Below, in pieces: positions 15,001-30,000 of a stretch of 52,658 bases of DNA. The number at the start of each line of letters is the position of its first letter. Position 1 is the first letter of the stretch. A program made the translations under genes and the position numbers. Under the pieces are notes generated by a model, which did no database searches, was not told the origin of the DNA, and saw only the letters and a program-made list of their open reading frames with translations. The DNA comes from Callorhinchus milii (lineage: Eukaryota), in NCBI RefSeq assembly GCF_018977255.1, contig NW_024705346.1, positions 1 through 52,658 of the forward strand. The letters are read 5' to 3'.

Positions 15001-18000
15001 TTACTGTTGACACGGACAAGGTACTACTTCGCGTGACTCGCACATTCGACCAGAATTGCATGGTAAACACGCTGATGGCTGTTCGGGAAGTGGACAGCCT
15101 CTGAAAGACGGTCATGCGACTGTACTGAAGCGGTCTGTCACCGATCATACTTGGACCCTGGCCCTCCTGCGGTGTACGTGGATGAGTATAATGTTGCACT
15201 AGTTTAACGTGCTAAGAACGGAGTTCTTGACTGATTGGACGGGCTCAACCGACTTGGGTGAGAATTTAGCAGAAAACCTGGTTTGTCCTTTGTGTTTAAA
15301 ACCTCCTTCCCCAGTGTTCCAGGCAAAAATCTTAATGCTTCGAACAAGTCGTCTCCAGCAACACCACCAACGGTGGCATAGGCGGCGACCTTGCGCCCCG
15401 CTCCCTGGTCACATAACGTTTGCGTATCCCCACGCTGTGGTCCTACTATGTGGTGTTTAAAAAATGACACAGACTAGTCTGGGTGATGTTGTAATAAGCT
15501 AAATCCGGCTTAGGGCTGGCCATGCTTTGGTAGGATCCTTAACTGAATGTTTTGATGGCCAAGTCCAGGCGCGTGTTCGAGCCTCACTAGGAACGGATAC
15601 TAAGTCACCTGTCAGTGCGCACAGTGACTCGGAGTTAGATTCACAGTTGATGAATTAGTCTGATGAGGGACCACTGAACATTAAACGTGTACCGCCAGTT
15701 AGACGTATCAGCCTTTTAACGCGGGTAATAGTGCCCCACGTTGTCCCGGTGGAGCATTATGTCACGGCCACCCGTCTATTACGCATATCGTTTCGGCACC
15801 CAAAATGGCTGTACAGCTCGGTCTCAACTCCACTCGCAAAAAATGAGGGTATTAATGAACGTAAGTGCCACCGGTTCCGAAGGGTCGTTATGCCGGTGGC
15901 GTTCCACGGCGCCAGATGTGAAAGACTTGTGCTTCTACCATATACCTTGCGGACTCGCGGCCCTGGCCACCCAGCGGTGTTGATCGGAAATAATGTATCG
16001 AGAATGGAATCTCTTAACGTATTTTTGCCGGTCATCTAACACCTGCATTCTAGTTGGCGTAGGACGTGCGAGGCATGAGTCGACCAACGTGGCGGTTCAG
16101 TTCTGAGACCATGATATCCTCCGACCCGACCCGTTGGTAAATTTCCAAAGTACAGTTGACGCCACCTCGCGTTTTAAGCGGTAGCTTGCCCGGACTCGAT
16201 GTAATGTCTAGTGGTTATGAAATTGTTATTGCTAGATGAAGAGTTAAAACCATAACAGTAAACCCGTGAAAGGAAACCGGCCACTTACAAAGAGAGGATA
16301 GTGAGGGGATAATCACTAAGCGGCGATCGGGACTTACGAAGTCTTGTCTGCGACGAGGCTTGTACCCCGGGGCTACGAGATAGGCTTAAATACCACATCA
16401 AAGAGGCCTAATAGAATAGTTCAGAGCTACATGTTATTAGAGCAGAGGGAGTCTTGTAGCTACTACGAATAGCTAGCACTATACACTGTTTTGTCTTGCA
16501 TCATTTGCCCAACTATATTACGTTCGACTAGCCTCTGGATTAACACGTTACAGGAATTGTGGTTCGTGAGTGACAGTACCCATTGGGGGGTACCGGCGGT
16601 CTCACCTATCGCTTCGGCACTGAGTGGATCTACTGTAGTAGCATCTAACGTTCGACTCAAGTGGTGAATAAGAACCGGCCTAAAAACTCGATCATAGTGT
16701 CTTCAACGAATCTTAAACACCTGTTGTCCGTTGCAGATCATACAACGAGGGAATCTGGGTTTTTAACGCTCTACCTGCCTTCGATTACACCACCTCGACC
16801 TATCAGGGGTTAGGGTGCATTGATGACGGTTAGGAAGAACGGTCGCAGCGCTTCGAAGGATGGGACCGCAGTTGTACTTACTACCGGATGCACTTAGAGG
16901 GAGGAACGCACGTTGCTAATAGATTTCATCCTACTGCATTATCCCGCGGCACTGGCGGGATTGAGTGAGCGAGGGCGTGGATCACGCACTCCACCCGAAC
17001 GCACAAACTCCGGCGAATTCTCACCGATACTGGGAAACGTATCAACCATGATACGTTCCCAAAGTATTGTGAACTTTCACACTAAGAGTATCTTACGGGA
17101 CGCAACTCTATTCACAACGTCTGGGATATGTAATGTACTAACAAGCTCCGGATACGGTGGATTCGACGTATTCCCTATCGACTACCTCGGCCACAAACTC
17201 GCCCTGCTGAGCCGTTGAAGAACACTGCGATTTAGCTCAGGGAAACCTTGAGCTTAAACGTGTGCCACAAATAGTGGTTACCTGTACTTCGAATCCACTA
17301 TTAATAGCAATCTTCCGGAGTGTGATAACCAAATAAGAGAAGCAGACAGAGTGGCAGGGATTGGGACTAGAGAGCCTACGATATTATAATGGCAATACCA
17401 GTTTTAATCATGGATGCTTCTAACTGCGAGCCCCTTATAATACACTTCGGGTAAAGCGAGAAGTCATTATGACATTCCTTAGTAACATAAGAGATTTACG
17501 GAGAGGCTACTCCTATTCTGCTCAACCATCGAACTAGAATACCCTCATGGTATACTGGATTGTAAAGCTAAGCCGATCGAGTTATCTCAATCCACCGTCG
17601 TAAACCGTCTCCTTGGGCACACTCTTTCATTTCCGACAGAATCAAGCTTCCCGCTGGCCTGCGATGTGCATTCACATGGAGGTATACCTTGTAAGCTACG
17701 GCGGCCTGCCGGTTACGCTACCACCGCACTGTGCGCCTCCGACATTACAGCAAGATGATTCTGCGTCTCGCTGAACCCTTAGTTCTCTTATAGACTACAC
17801 CTTTCCCCATACTAGCATTATTAACTCGTAACGGGCCCTCTTGGGAACCTGAGTTGTGATTCGTTACCCGTCTCTACCTAGAGCCAATCCAATAATTGCA
17901 GTGAAGAAGTGACAAAGTACGTTTCGTAGTGATGTGTGGTGTAGCCCGTGATGATACAAGAAGAACCATCCACTGTAGCCACCAGAGAAATACTTCACAG

Positions 18001-21000
18001 TCCTGCAGCACCAGAGAGGTTAACAGGGCTATAGCTTAAGATTCAGTCAATATTATAGATACGCTCGGCAAAACACGGCACTTTTACGAGTGTTACTGCA
18101 GCATCCGGTCGTCTATGTTCGAGCCTCTCGGCATCTAACTAGGGTACCCGTCAAGATTCGTCACTCTTAGAGTTCTAATGTGACGAGTCTTCCGAAAAGC
18201 TCATGTTTTTTGCTAGGGGATCAATGCTTCAATATCGTCGAAGATCAAATAAACTGAAACGGGGCAGGGGGACATCAGCTATGTTTCAACTTGCGCGAAC
18301 GATACTTGGTGGGGAGGAGGATCGTTCGGGACTTTTCGTCGGCATTACAGGCCCTGTTTATTATCAGCTGGGTATGTGGTAGGAGATTCGCGCCGCACTG
18401 CTCACGCTCGTTCAGGGCCGGGATATATTCGCGGGATATGGCGTTCTGAAGTATCATGTGAAGTGTTTGGCCTTTGCAAACAAGTACCAAGACTCTGTAG
18501 TACTTAAATGAGAAGTCTCTAACGGTGTAAAGTTTTATTGAGCGGTAGGGATTTCGTATTACTACTGGTCGGATCTAACCACCATCTCGCTCCCGTCCGG
18601 GAATAGTTAGCTTTATTGACGATCATTACGTCATTGCAAAGTTGGCGCGTCACGTAAGCCACATGTGTGCGTCAATGTAACGTGTGCTGCCATATTGAAT
18701 GCGAACCATGGCTTGTCTTCGCGTGGTCGACACCAGCAGCACCTACGCTGAATCGACAGTCTGGGCCCTGATTCCGTCTCTAAACTCAAGTACGCCACAT
18801 AGAAGTACTAGGTATACCGACCAGATCACCTTACCTGTCCAATAACCACATTAGTAGATGCTTGTCACCTGACTGTTTAAATACAGGGTTACAGGCGGCT
18901 GTAGGCGAGTTTCCTCGCGTATCCACGGATGCGACCGTGCGGATAGCTCACCTTCGTTCTTCACGGCCGTGATCTTGGAGCCTGGGTACATCCAGGCCCA
19001 GCTATGATGCACCTCCATATGTAGGAATCGGCGCCTATTTTAATATGCGCACCCGATTTTCTAGGGCGTAGTCCGATCGTTGGATGAGCAAGGACATCAA
19101 ACGGGTTATTTTCTTGTTTGCTAGCTCTTCACAGGTGCTATTTTACGGTGACCATTGTTAGTCTTTTAACGGGAGGATGATGATCATCGTTGGTAGGCGC
19201 AAAAGGCGTTAAAGTTCAGTCTAGGTCGGTCATGACCCCCGCGGAGACTAAACTGTTCGCTTAGCTGTTTCGTAGGGGGCCTAAACGCGATAGTGCGAGT
19301 TGTGCATACGTAAATAACGTAGCTTGGCTTCTTGCGGAGGTACAATTACAAGGGCGGCAGACTAGGTTCCTTCGGGCAATAGCGATCTAAAGGGGAAGAA
19401 TACAAAACAGGTGGAGGATCTGCTGAGGAAGAATCCTGAGCTATAATTGTTAATGGAAATAGGCTGATACTCAGATGTCAAGACTATTTTTGCGGGCATC
19501 CACTGAGAACCGAATTTGAGACACGAGATTATTAGACAAAGCATCCTTAAGTTTCCAGACTTACATGGTGTCTAATTCACCCGCGCCGGAGTCACCGTGC
19601 CGGTGCTTCTTGATGTTATTTCCCTGGGGGGACGCCCACTCTCAACTGAACATAATCTGACTTTATAGCTAAACTGCGGATCCACGCTGAACGTCAAAGG
19701 TTATATCTACTGATTGGCGCCGTAACGGAACGCTCCAGATTAGAGATACGCCCGGTTAAGGGCATCTAAGTAATCCAGCTATATCTGCGGTATATGATGC
19801 GGGAGTTATTATAATCGAAATCACAGGTTATATGGTATCTTCGTAAACTGGAGTCCCGGAACTGTTGGGCCCACACCCCGGCACCTACATGCATGCAATG
19901 TAATGGAGCCGGTAACTGGAATAACGACGCATAGCACAAATGGCGAGGGATGACCCGCTAACATACCCAGAGGTAGGGCCCAAAGAGGGGGAACCATCTT
20001 CCCACTACCGTGTGCGTTACTTGAGTACCCGGTCGGGACTTAATGAACTTCAACTACTTAAGGGCTTGGGGATACAGGTATATCAGGATCCAGGTGCAAT
20101 AGCGGGGCAGCATCGGTCAATTTGCTACCCTTAGGTGTAACTCTATGCGGCCGGAGAAAGGTACGGGCGACAGATGATAATAGTTAAAGGTCAATAAGTC
20201 GTATCAACAAAAAGAAGTACCTGTCTCACATGCTAAGGACGTCGGTAGATCGCCTAAACAAGAGTACCAATAGGCCACAGTATCGTGAACCTGGACTCGC
20301 AATCTTATAAAATATAGTGCGGTAAACCTGCATCGGGAAGATCTCTTTAAAGATGACAGCATTTATGGTGGATGGTTTGACATGCGAAGCCTTGAGCTAG
20401 TGCGTGCTGGAATAAAGCCCTCAACCCGGTGGGAAAGTGTTAACAGTTTAGCTCCCCACAGTCTAAAGCCTGGTCCGAATAATGGCCGGTCTTCAAATGG
20501 GAGCCTAGGCAGCTGGCGTCAAGCAAATCTCTGCGGCGTCCACTGACGTCCCAAACGTGGGCAATGTCCTCATTCTACAACACTTTAATACCACGAAGTA
20601 TAAACTAAATCCGTACGACATGATTGCGGGGCCAGCAAGAGAACATTTTTGCTCGACATGTCCTATATAAGCATAGATACCGCAGAAGCAGGTGTGTTAT
20701 GGTCATGTTACATTTGATAGTCCTCAACGGGCCCCCAACCAGGCCAAAAGATATGCGGAGCGGGATGTATCTCTGGGGGGTAGGACCTATTATACGCAGC
20801 CTTGTAGCGGATTGAAACCAAGGCCATCCGCGTCATGAGCGTTACGTTTTTAATAACGTGTCCCTCTAAGCGCTTAGCAAAAGTTGGGCACGTACAGAAT
20901 GCGGCATATGTCCTTACGGTTAAGTCGTGCCTACCTTTTACTCCCCGACCATGTACGGTAGCGGTGAAAAGCTTGAAATTCATCTCGCCTCTTAAACTAG

Positions 21001-24000
21001 AGAATGCAATAAGCCTAATTGCGTTAGCAGTGGGATCAATTGCACTCCTAGCGTATACTAGTAAACATAGGATTCTTCCACGATCATTTTTTGTGATTAG
21101 GGGGCCTATATACGCATGAATACGGCACCATGGTCCTGTAATAGTGTGCATTACCACATAAGGTTTCTTCAATGTTATTCCCGCACAACGCGCAGTCGTA
21201 CATCATCCGGCGCGCGTGCGGTCTGATATTCATACATCTGTCGGTTGAACGGTTCCCCAGAGCAAAGCAAGGAACCCTAACCTCCAGGATCGCAAGCACT
21301 GCAGTGAACATACGGAAACGGTTCATTTAAATCTCCAATGGCAGGTTCATCAGAGAAAATGAGTTGTGACTCCCTTCCGAATGCGCTACTCTTCGTGTTC
21401 GTCTGTCTAGAGACCTGGTACTAGTAGGACCTGTTGCCAGGGTCTATTTAACAGATGCATCACTCTTATGCCCAACTTCTGTCGTTCCGATGAGATATCG
21501 ACGGAGCCTCTTACCCGTATTCCATAAGCCGATATCGCTAAAAAGTGTCTCTATGTGAGCACGTTAAGGCCATATAGTGGTTAAGGCACGAGGGAGATAC
21601 GGACGAGGCGACGGTGATTCGGTATCCCGTCACGGGACTCAGATTTCGTGGAAGTTATGCCTAATTCTAATATGACAGGAAGTGCCATTAAGGGTTCTGT
21701 ACGTTGGGGGGTTCTGGTCATACAGATACCAGCAGAAGCAGGGAGTGGGTTCCCGAGTAATGCAATCGGAATTCATGACTATACATCCACCCGACAAGTC
21801 GGCTAGTTCGTCGGGTCTATATGGGACGTTTCAGTCCTGTCTTGATAGATGACGTCATGGTGCACATTAGCGGATACTGTCCTAATAAATCCCCTTATAA
21901 GAGCGATGAGCCTGAGAGGTCGGTTTAAGTAGTTGGGGGAGAGACTGGGCCTAACTCTGTATGGAACAAGCACCCCTTTTACAGGGAATACGCCAGTCTA
22001 CGCCCCCTAACGTCGTGTAGTGAATCATCGAACACGACTTCATAGAGGTGATTGCACGTCGCGGGGAGCGATTGTCTCAACCAACTATGTCGCCTCGACA
22101 CATAAACTGCGTTTCAGACCATCGGGAAATACTCTATTCATCACATGAAGAAGATCCCAAACGTGCTTAAGCCGGTCTAGCAAAAAGCTATACCCACGTC
22201 CGAACAAAAGAGGGGTCCAGGCTTCTTCGCTTATGTTTGCAATAATGTCAGGTTATCAAATATAGTGACTACGTAAAAGCTTAAAGATACTCTCAATACT
22301 AGTCGCTAAACCGTCGGAAGCCGCAGAGAGTCCACTCTAGGTTTTAGAAGGCGCGCATTCACTGAGTAAGCCAATCCACATGGGGGCTTCGGATCGTAAG
22401 TCGTACCCTTGCAGGTGCATTTCGGTTATCGTTAAAGTTTCTCCATCATCTGCGCCTCAACGAGGCATCTCAAGTGTCGCGTAATCAATATCTTTCCTGT
22501 AGCTGCATACCCCTCTAGTCGCACACGTACCCAGATATTAGCGTCCTTAGCCAGTCAGTTGAACTTCACCATGTCCCACAAAACTTACAAGTGACCTTCG
22601 CTTTGTCATGCTCGCTCATGAGCTTGCACACGCAGACCCTGCACAATGGTCCTCCGGTTGAAAGACGTATCCTTCCGATTGCGCACTCACTAGCTGGGGA
22701 TGGTTCCGCTCCCGTGAAAGGGAGTTTATATATTCATTTCTCGATTAGTATCGTAACGAGAAAAATATTTAAATCGCCAAACTGATTGAAGCCAAGCCGG
22801 TGTGGAGGCTGTAACCTGTATGGCCTGATTTGCCTTAAGCTCAGACGTTATTCGGATTAATATAAGCATAATGACTTCTCTAATAAACGGGAAGTGTAGT
22901 TCTCCAGACAGTCTGCGAAGGTAACCTCGTACGTCAAACATGAAGGGGGCATGACAAACACGGTGACTCTAATAAACCCGTCGACCGACCGGATATAAGA
23001 TGGGACCAATCGTTGGCTATAGGGAAAAAACCGGTACTATAACTCAGTAAATACGAAATTATACTCTAATTTGGGAAGACGGTATTATTATGTATTATCA
23101 AGTATCTTTACTGGTAACGCCAGGGAGAGCCCCGGAAGCATAAATGGAACTCGGCATGTGTCTAAGCTCGAAATTCCTGAACGCGAGTCGGAATGCAAGC
23201 TCTATGATAGACTGCTTGATACGAGCTCAGTCGACTGAGACTTGGAGGGAAGTACCGGAACCCTCATCGCCGAACGTATGACACAGAAATTCGGTGAAGT
23301 TTGAGTCTAGGCTATGATAGGCACTTTTGGGTTCGTACTTACGGCTCGCTGTAGTCATACACCCCACGGTCACAAGGGCAGATTTCATTTGTCATCGTTT
23401 AATCGCTACCTCCATGCGGTCGCCGGGGCGCGGCGCTTCGGCGCAGAAGACCCGCTAGTTGTATTGAGGTGGAGGACCCATACTTTGCCCAGTCGTATGA
23501 CGCATATTGATTTAGGGTCCGGGGCACGAAGATTGGTTTTTACGAATCAACATGACTGATCCTCTGCTAAGGTGTGAGGGGAAAACCGATGCCTCATTTT
23601 GAGTCAAAGATTAGAATAGGGAACGCATGGGAACGATCAGTAGGTCTCGAAATGTGCGTACACAAATAGATTGACGACGGACGGGTACTGGGTCCAAGCA
23701 CAGTGACATGTTAGGCGGGGGCGTCGGAGCTTCCCGCGGAGCTACGAGGAAGGCGCTATCCGTCGCTTTTTGCGTTGCATTGACTACTGGGTTTATTTAT
23801 TTGAACAATTGTAACACTTTCGAACCGTCGAGCTTCTGCTAAGAGATCCAAGCGAGTTACATTAGGCCGCCGGATGGCTACGATACACCTTGCGCCCGTC
23901 CCGCTCCACCTGTGTCCCTTGAGAGTAGCATCTTGTATAAGGCCTGGTATGTGGTGATTACTAATTGATTACAACCGTGTACAAAACTCTACCAAAATAT

Positions 24001-27000
24001 CATTTTGTATATATCGACGCGCGCAATCTCCGACCTAAGCCCACAGACTCTACCATCGACGATTCGCCAATGGCAAGAGCATTGTTAGGTATCTGCTTAT
24101 ACAGCCCCCCGAGCTGCAATGTCCGGTCGTCTCATTCCATCGCAGAATTAGATATAGCGCGCCACGGTATATCGATAATGCGCGTTCTGGGATACCTCTG
24201 AGCATTGGGGCGTACCACGCACAACTCGACTTAGTTTTAAACGCTATACACAGAACGTCGCGCCAGTGAGGCTGCTCCTATATCCAGGTTATAAGCTAAG
24301 CCAGCTCGCACGAAGATAATCCAATCCCAGGATCTAAACAATAAACTACCTCCTATTGGAAGGGTGCCCCAGCCATTTCACGAGTGACATATTGAGCCGT
24401 AAGCAGGGCTCCTTTGTCCTACGCCGTCTCCATACGGTTATTCAGTAATCGAAATAAAGCCTATCCCTCCACGAATTGCGTGTTACCTGGGTCAGCCCCC
24501 AACAAGGTTACTATGGGTACTCAGAGTTATACCCACGTTAAACATACCTTCCCAGGCCCTGGACTGATGCGTTAGTGTGATAACAGACCTGGTATCCTTC
24601 TTTTATGAACTCGTTAGGAAAAACCGTATTGGACTCGCATTGATAGCGGGAAAGCGCGGATGTAGCGGTGCGGGCCGGACGTAGCAGGGCGCCAGTCGTC
24701 CCTGGCGCGCCAAGGCCGCACGCACGTCAGGGTAGTACGAAATTGTTAGACTTGGTCAGCACCCTCAGATTAAAGCAATGACACCTGTGAAATAGTGAAC
24801 CGACTGAGGATAACTGTTTTGTGACTTAGTGTTGTGGACGTCTACTTCGGCCAGTGGTGCGATGTCTTTCGCACTCGCAACGCGCCGCATCAGTCCATGA
24901 CCACCGTCCCCTTCCGCCTCCGAGTTGGTATCTGCATCTGGCAAAGCACGATACAAAGATACTTGTTCGAGGGTGGTGCGTTACGAATGCAGTGGGACAG
25001 TTAGTCCAGCACCTTTGTGACCCTGCGCTTAGTACTAATTCATGTGTATGGTCCATTGACGCGAATGATCGACCATTCGTTTTTGTAGGCGCATGTGAAT
25101 CGTCGGGGATAAACCTAAAGATCATGAAGAGGGTCTCGACTACTTGACGCTTGTTTTCATATCTTCGTGTGCATGTTGTCAATGGTGGCATTGGTTGATT
25201 GGCTGTTGAACTTTAGAAGCACCAAATATGTACGCCCGTACCCGGCCGCCGAACTGTTTACACGGTAGATCATAGAAGGCTATACATACAATTAGATAAT
25301 TTAAGTACTTTCCCACGGAGTATGATGATTCCTTGCCCCTATTAACGGTTACGATGACGAAGTGGAGATGGCTTTCCAGTTACGTAATGCCGGGCTCGAG
25401 GGTTCCTGAGGATGTTAGTGACTAGTATTAAAGGGGTGAGGTCTATTGATTACTTATGCCGCCAGAGATTTATAACCAGAATCTTCGCTGTCGAAATCTT
25501 GTTTCAGGTGCAAGATGCTCGTTAGAGGCACACAGCCAAATCTAAGAATTTTAGTAAGCACCGGCGGGAAGAATCATCCAGAACTCCAGTATCGTACCTG
25601 GCGTGGACAGTCTGTCCTACATTTATCAACTCGTCAGGGAATTTCAACGTCTAGCTTACCTCGAGCGCGTTGCGATATGTGCCCGAACCTACGGGGTTCC
25701 ATTTGTGCTTCTAGCGCTTCTTCCTGATGACAAATTTCCTATAGTTCCCACATTCACACAACACCGTGGAACAATATCGTATTCCATGACTCTCATAATC
25801 AGTGTTAAGGCGCGCACGGAGCCGGTCCACTTGTACCGCAGAAAAGGATGTCGAATTGCATCGCCACCAAAGCGGAGGAATACAGCATATGGGAATCTTA
25901 CGTACTAATGAAGTTGACCGCCATAGCGAGATAGTGAGACCGAATCTACAGAACAGTGGGCCCTAAGGAATAATTTGGTGGCTTTTCGCGGAGGGTAATT
26001 CGTCGCCGCTTGTCGTGTTAGTATGTGATATTTGTTACGCAGAGGACAACTTTACACTTGTGTTGAGATGCCTGATCAATATTCGACCACCTCTAGTTGC
26101 CACTTTTAAAGTTAAAATTAACATTTCTACGCATCTAATCGAATGTATGGGGTAGGGTCACGATACCCCGCAACCTTCCGGCGGACTCCGTTACATGCGA
26201 AGTAGACAGTAATTAGTTTGGTCGTCTTGGCCCGAGGTATGTTCGCCGCTCAGCAGATAGCTCGTGATCGATAGTCTTAACCTGGATAGATGAGGTATAC
26301 CCGAACACACCGGTTCAAGAAGAGTAAAAACTGCACTGAAGGAAGGTTATATGTCCGTATACTCGCACAGCCCCTCTTGGTGTAGTCTAGTGGTCCCCAT
26401 CAACAGAACCTTTTGCCAAATCCGCGGATTTGTTTACTGTCATGTTGCCTGCTGGATTCAATTATTATCACGAAACCTACCTCAGAACGGCCATCCCGCA
26501 GGGTTTAATCGTAATAACATCCTGCTTCATGGTAACGTGTCTTAGAGCCCCTGGTCCGGTTAGCGATAAGTTAGGCACTATGTTTTGCTTTACTACTTCG
26601 CTTCCGCCTTAACGACTAATAACTTTTAATCACCACGCCATTCAGTTCTATGCAATTGAACCAGGGATGCCGTGACACGCCCCTCAGTATCGATTATATG
26701 CGGTGTGAGGAGACAGCAAATTTATTGGACTGGCTCTACTCCAAGAACCGGTGATCGACCCAACAAGCTCGCTCCACCCAAAACGAAGCATGCGAGGTTG
26801 TTTGGTCAAATGCACTCGGCGTACGGAAAATCCCCTAACAAACGAACCTCTTACGGCAGCATGCGCTTGGTTTAATTCCGTGTAACACAATGTGGAGAAA
26901 CCTATCAGGCGGCACAATACAAAGGGCATCGAACTAATTTCTCGCCGAATACCTAATTTAGGCAACTTCCGAACTAGGCGTCTAAAGAATTCCGCAGCTA

Positions 27001-30000
27001 TCACTCCCCAAGCAGGTCTCTTTGAATCTACATCGCCGGTCTCTTGACGACCCCAAAGCACATCATAATGATTGTGGTATGGTGCGCGTGGGAGACTGCC
27101 GTCTCGCGGGCCAAGAAGCAACAGCTGGCCAATTCTTGCAGGACACCGTGAGATCGCGTGCGCTCATTGTGGCCTAAAAAGCCACGGTGGAACCATGATA
27201 CCACCAAGTAGCCACTATTCGCACTTCTGAGACCGCTCGTCCGGTTTTAATACAACCATGTCCTTTCATAGGTCACGCTCCCAACGGCAACTCGTCCTTT
27301 CTACTGACAGTGTGCTAATTCACTCAAAACTCTGGAAAGGCTAGAGTGCCTTCATTTTTGTTAGAGTGATGTTACGTCAATCTCGAATCACACACTTCGT
27401 TGTGTAGAGGCTTCGTTCCTAACCTTCGTCTGACAAATTAGAGTACGTGCTAGAGTCGCCCTTGCGTCAATAATAACGATCCTAGCATCCCCAACTGATT
27501 GCGTGCTCAGGGGAGTCCTTGATGCCCGGCGATCCGTACCCTATCTTTGTCTGTGTAGTCCACGCTAATAGAATGCGGTACAATACCGAGAACTAGGTAC
27601 CAGATGGCGATACATCGCAGCCTAGTGCCCTCGGTAGTTTATGGCTATTATGCAGAGCATCTCGCATAGGAACGGTAGGTTGTGAATTATGCGTCCCACT
27701 TCGGAGTCATTTACGGTGCTAGGGGCACATCGCTATCACCGGTTCGTAACATGTATTTGCGGTCCGAACTGTTGTGTAGTGCGAGTTGCCAACCAGCCAG
27801 GAAAAGGATCTGCCGGGACAGTTATCTTTTAATCATGTACGTGCTGGTTTCACGTTCGGGTCATTCCACCGAGCATGCATGGTCGGGGGTATCGTATTTG
27901 CGGGCCTAATTCCCTCACTCTGAGGAGGCCGTCGGAAACCAGCCAATCTGGATTCCGCTCGGCAGCTGGCGTCTTAATCGGAGTAGGGGGCACTCGTTTT
28001 TGTACGGTAATACGTGACTCCTATAGTATACGCACGAGACTACGACTACGCCCTCATCCTTTTTTATCTTAGCGGTTGCCTCTGATAGGCATATCCTTAC
28101 CTAAGTATAACCGTCTCATGGGCCGCTTTGCTATGGCTGCGGTGGGTCCAAACATTCGGGATCGTCCGAACTTTATGACGTGGTCTTTCGAGCGAGATAG
28201 TCGCGCCAGCGCTCAACTGGCATCCGAGGATCAGATGGCGAGTAGATAAAATGTGGGGAAGACGTCCTTAGCACCAAAGGCCAACTAGGGAGATCTCTCC
28301 TTCTGATTCGTTGAGTATGGCTGGTGTTCTTATCAACTTGCCTTCGCTATCCCTAACCCAAGCAGGGCCCTGCCGCGTTGTCGAACGCGGATATACTGGA
28401 GTATACTGATCGTGGCTGACTAAGTCATTGATAGAACAGCCGCACAAAACTTCGCTGACTAAAATGTGTAGCTAAATAGTACGAGTTTCGCAATACCAAT
28501 AACGGGACTCCTCTCACGTTTTCCAAACTCCATCGAGCATTGCACTTGGTGGGGTCTTGCGCCGCTAGCGTTCGAAGAGTAAATGTCCTTTGACGATGAC
28601 CGGATACCGCGCTGAGCGTTGGAATTCTGATTAGGTAACGCCTTGTAATGCACCTGCATCTTGGAAACCATGAGAAGTGTACACCGTTACTCTCTTCAGT
28701 GTTCACTCAATAGACTATGTGGCTTTGCGGGTAGACGTATGGTATACTACAACTGTGTCTCCCACTGAAAATGTGTGTGTGACTCGTGGACGCGTGGGCT
28801 TCATAGGGCGGCAGGCCGTTCCCAGACGCCGAAATATAACTAAAAGGTTCGTCTATTAATCACGCCCAGGGTATGCCATGTTACCGACTAGGGTATATCG
28901 AGAGAGCAGTTGATCTAGAAAATTTCCATAACATCATATCAGCCGCAGCTTTCAGCATTGAGACAACGTCCCTTAGCGTTCGCGGACGCTATCACGGGGG
29001 AACCTTATTGCGCGCGAAACCAAGAGATTACTCACTGGGTAGCTGGTGGTCCAACCTAGAAGGTCTAATATCTTCGGCATAAAATAGTTTAAAGTACCCA
29101 GTAAAAATTACGGACTGTCCACTAGAGGGCGTCGGTCCAACAGCGAGCTATTGTTTCGGTCGACGGGATATTGGTAAAGCATAATCATGCTGAAACTAAA
29201 AGGGTTTATCGTCACGTCCAGGTCCGTGCAAGACAGGAACGTTATGGAACACAAATAGGGCATACCAGACCTCTGTCACCAAGGTTCTCGTCCGGCCGCT
29301 AAAATACCCCCTTCGGATAACTTCGGTAATGGCACTCCACTTCGAGTAGGGTCACGTTACCGGGGCGGTTTATTCATGCGGAGGAAGTAGCGTTCAACTG
29401 AGGTTAGCAGCCGCGAGGTATGATCTACCATACCTCATGGATTGGATAGCATAGGCGTAGAAGTGGGTTGGATCATTACACTTTTCTTTCAGTTGTTACT
29501 GTTCTTAGGATAATGCATGGAGAAGCAGCCTAGATAGTACCATTTGAGATGTATAAGCAAACATAAGGATCGCCTGATCTTCGCAGATCCCACCAACTTC
29601 GGACAACGTTTGCTAGGAGAGGCGAGTCGTTCCACCACTGCTGAGCCCAACCACTCACTTGGGCACTGACACCCAGGAGTAGCAACCGTAGTGGAGCAAC
29701 GCCCATTCCCGGGACCGTGGGGAGCCTACCCGCGCGGGTAGCTCTACTTCTATCGTCCCGCTTTTCATTGGGAATTGCCGTCACAAAATAGAATCCCGCA
29801 CCCGTCGCTAAAACACGGAACGCAGATGGCTCGGAGACTACACAAGTCCACAACATACTACAATTAACTGTATTGAGAACTTAGGGGCCTTCCACGCTTT
29901 GGCACCATTGCGTTCGGCGGTCCATGCCCTGCCAATCGCGGTCATCGTTCAGTAACTTTACACGAGACGTAGCCTGTGAGTCAGTATGTGTTTCTGCCAA

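Noticed and set aside
20708..21172. Longest ORF in the window (154 aa) and other 60-145 aa ORFs in 1-34,000
   Set aside because: No recognisable motifs, Arg/Ser/Leu/Cys-rich composition typical of random translation, no operon or exon structure; lengths are plausible by chance.
29119..29132. CTCF-like CCACTAGAGGGCGT
   Set aside because: It lies in the random-like region and is most likely a chance match.
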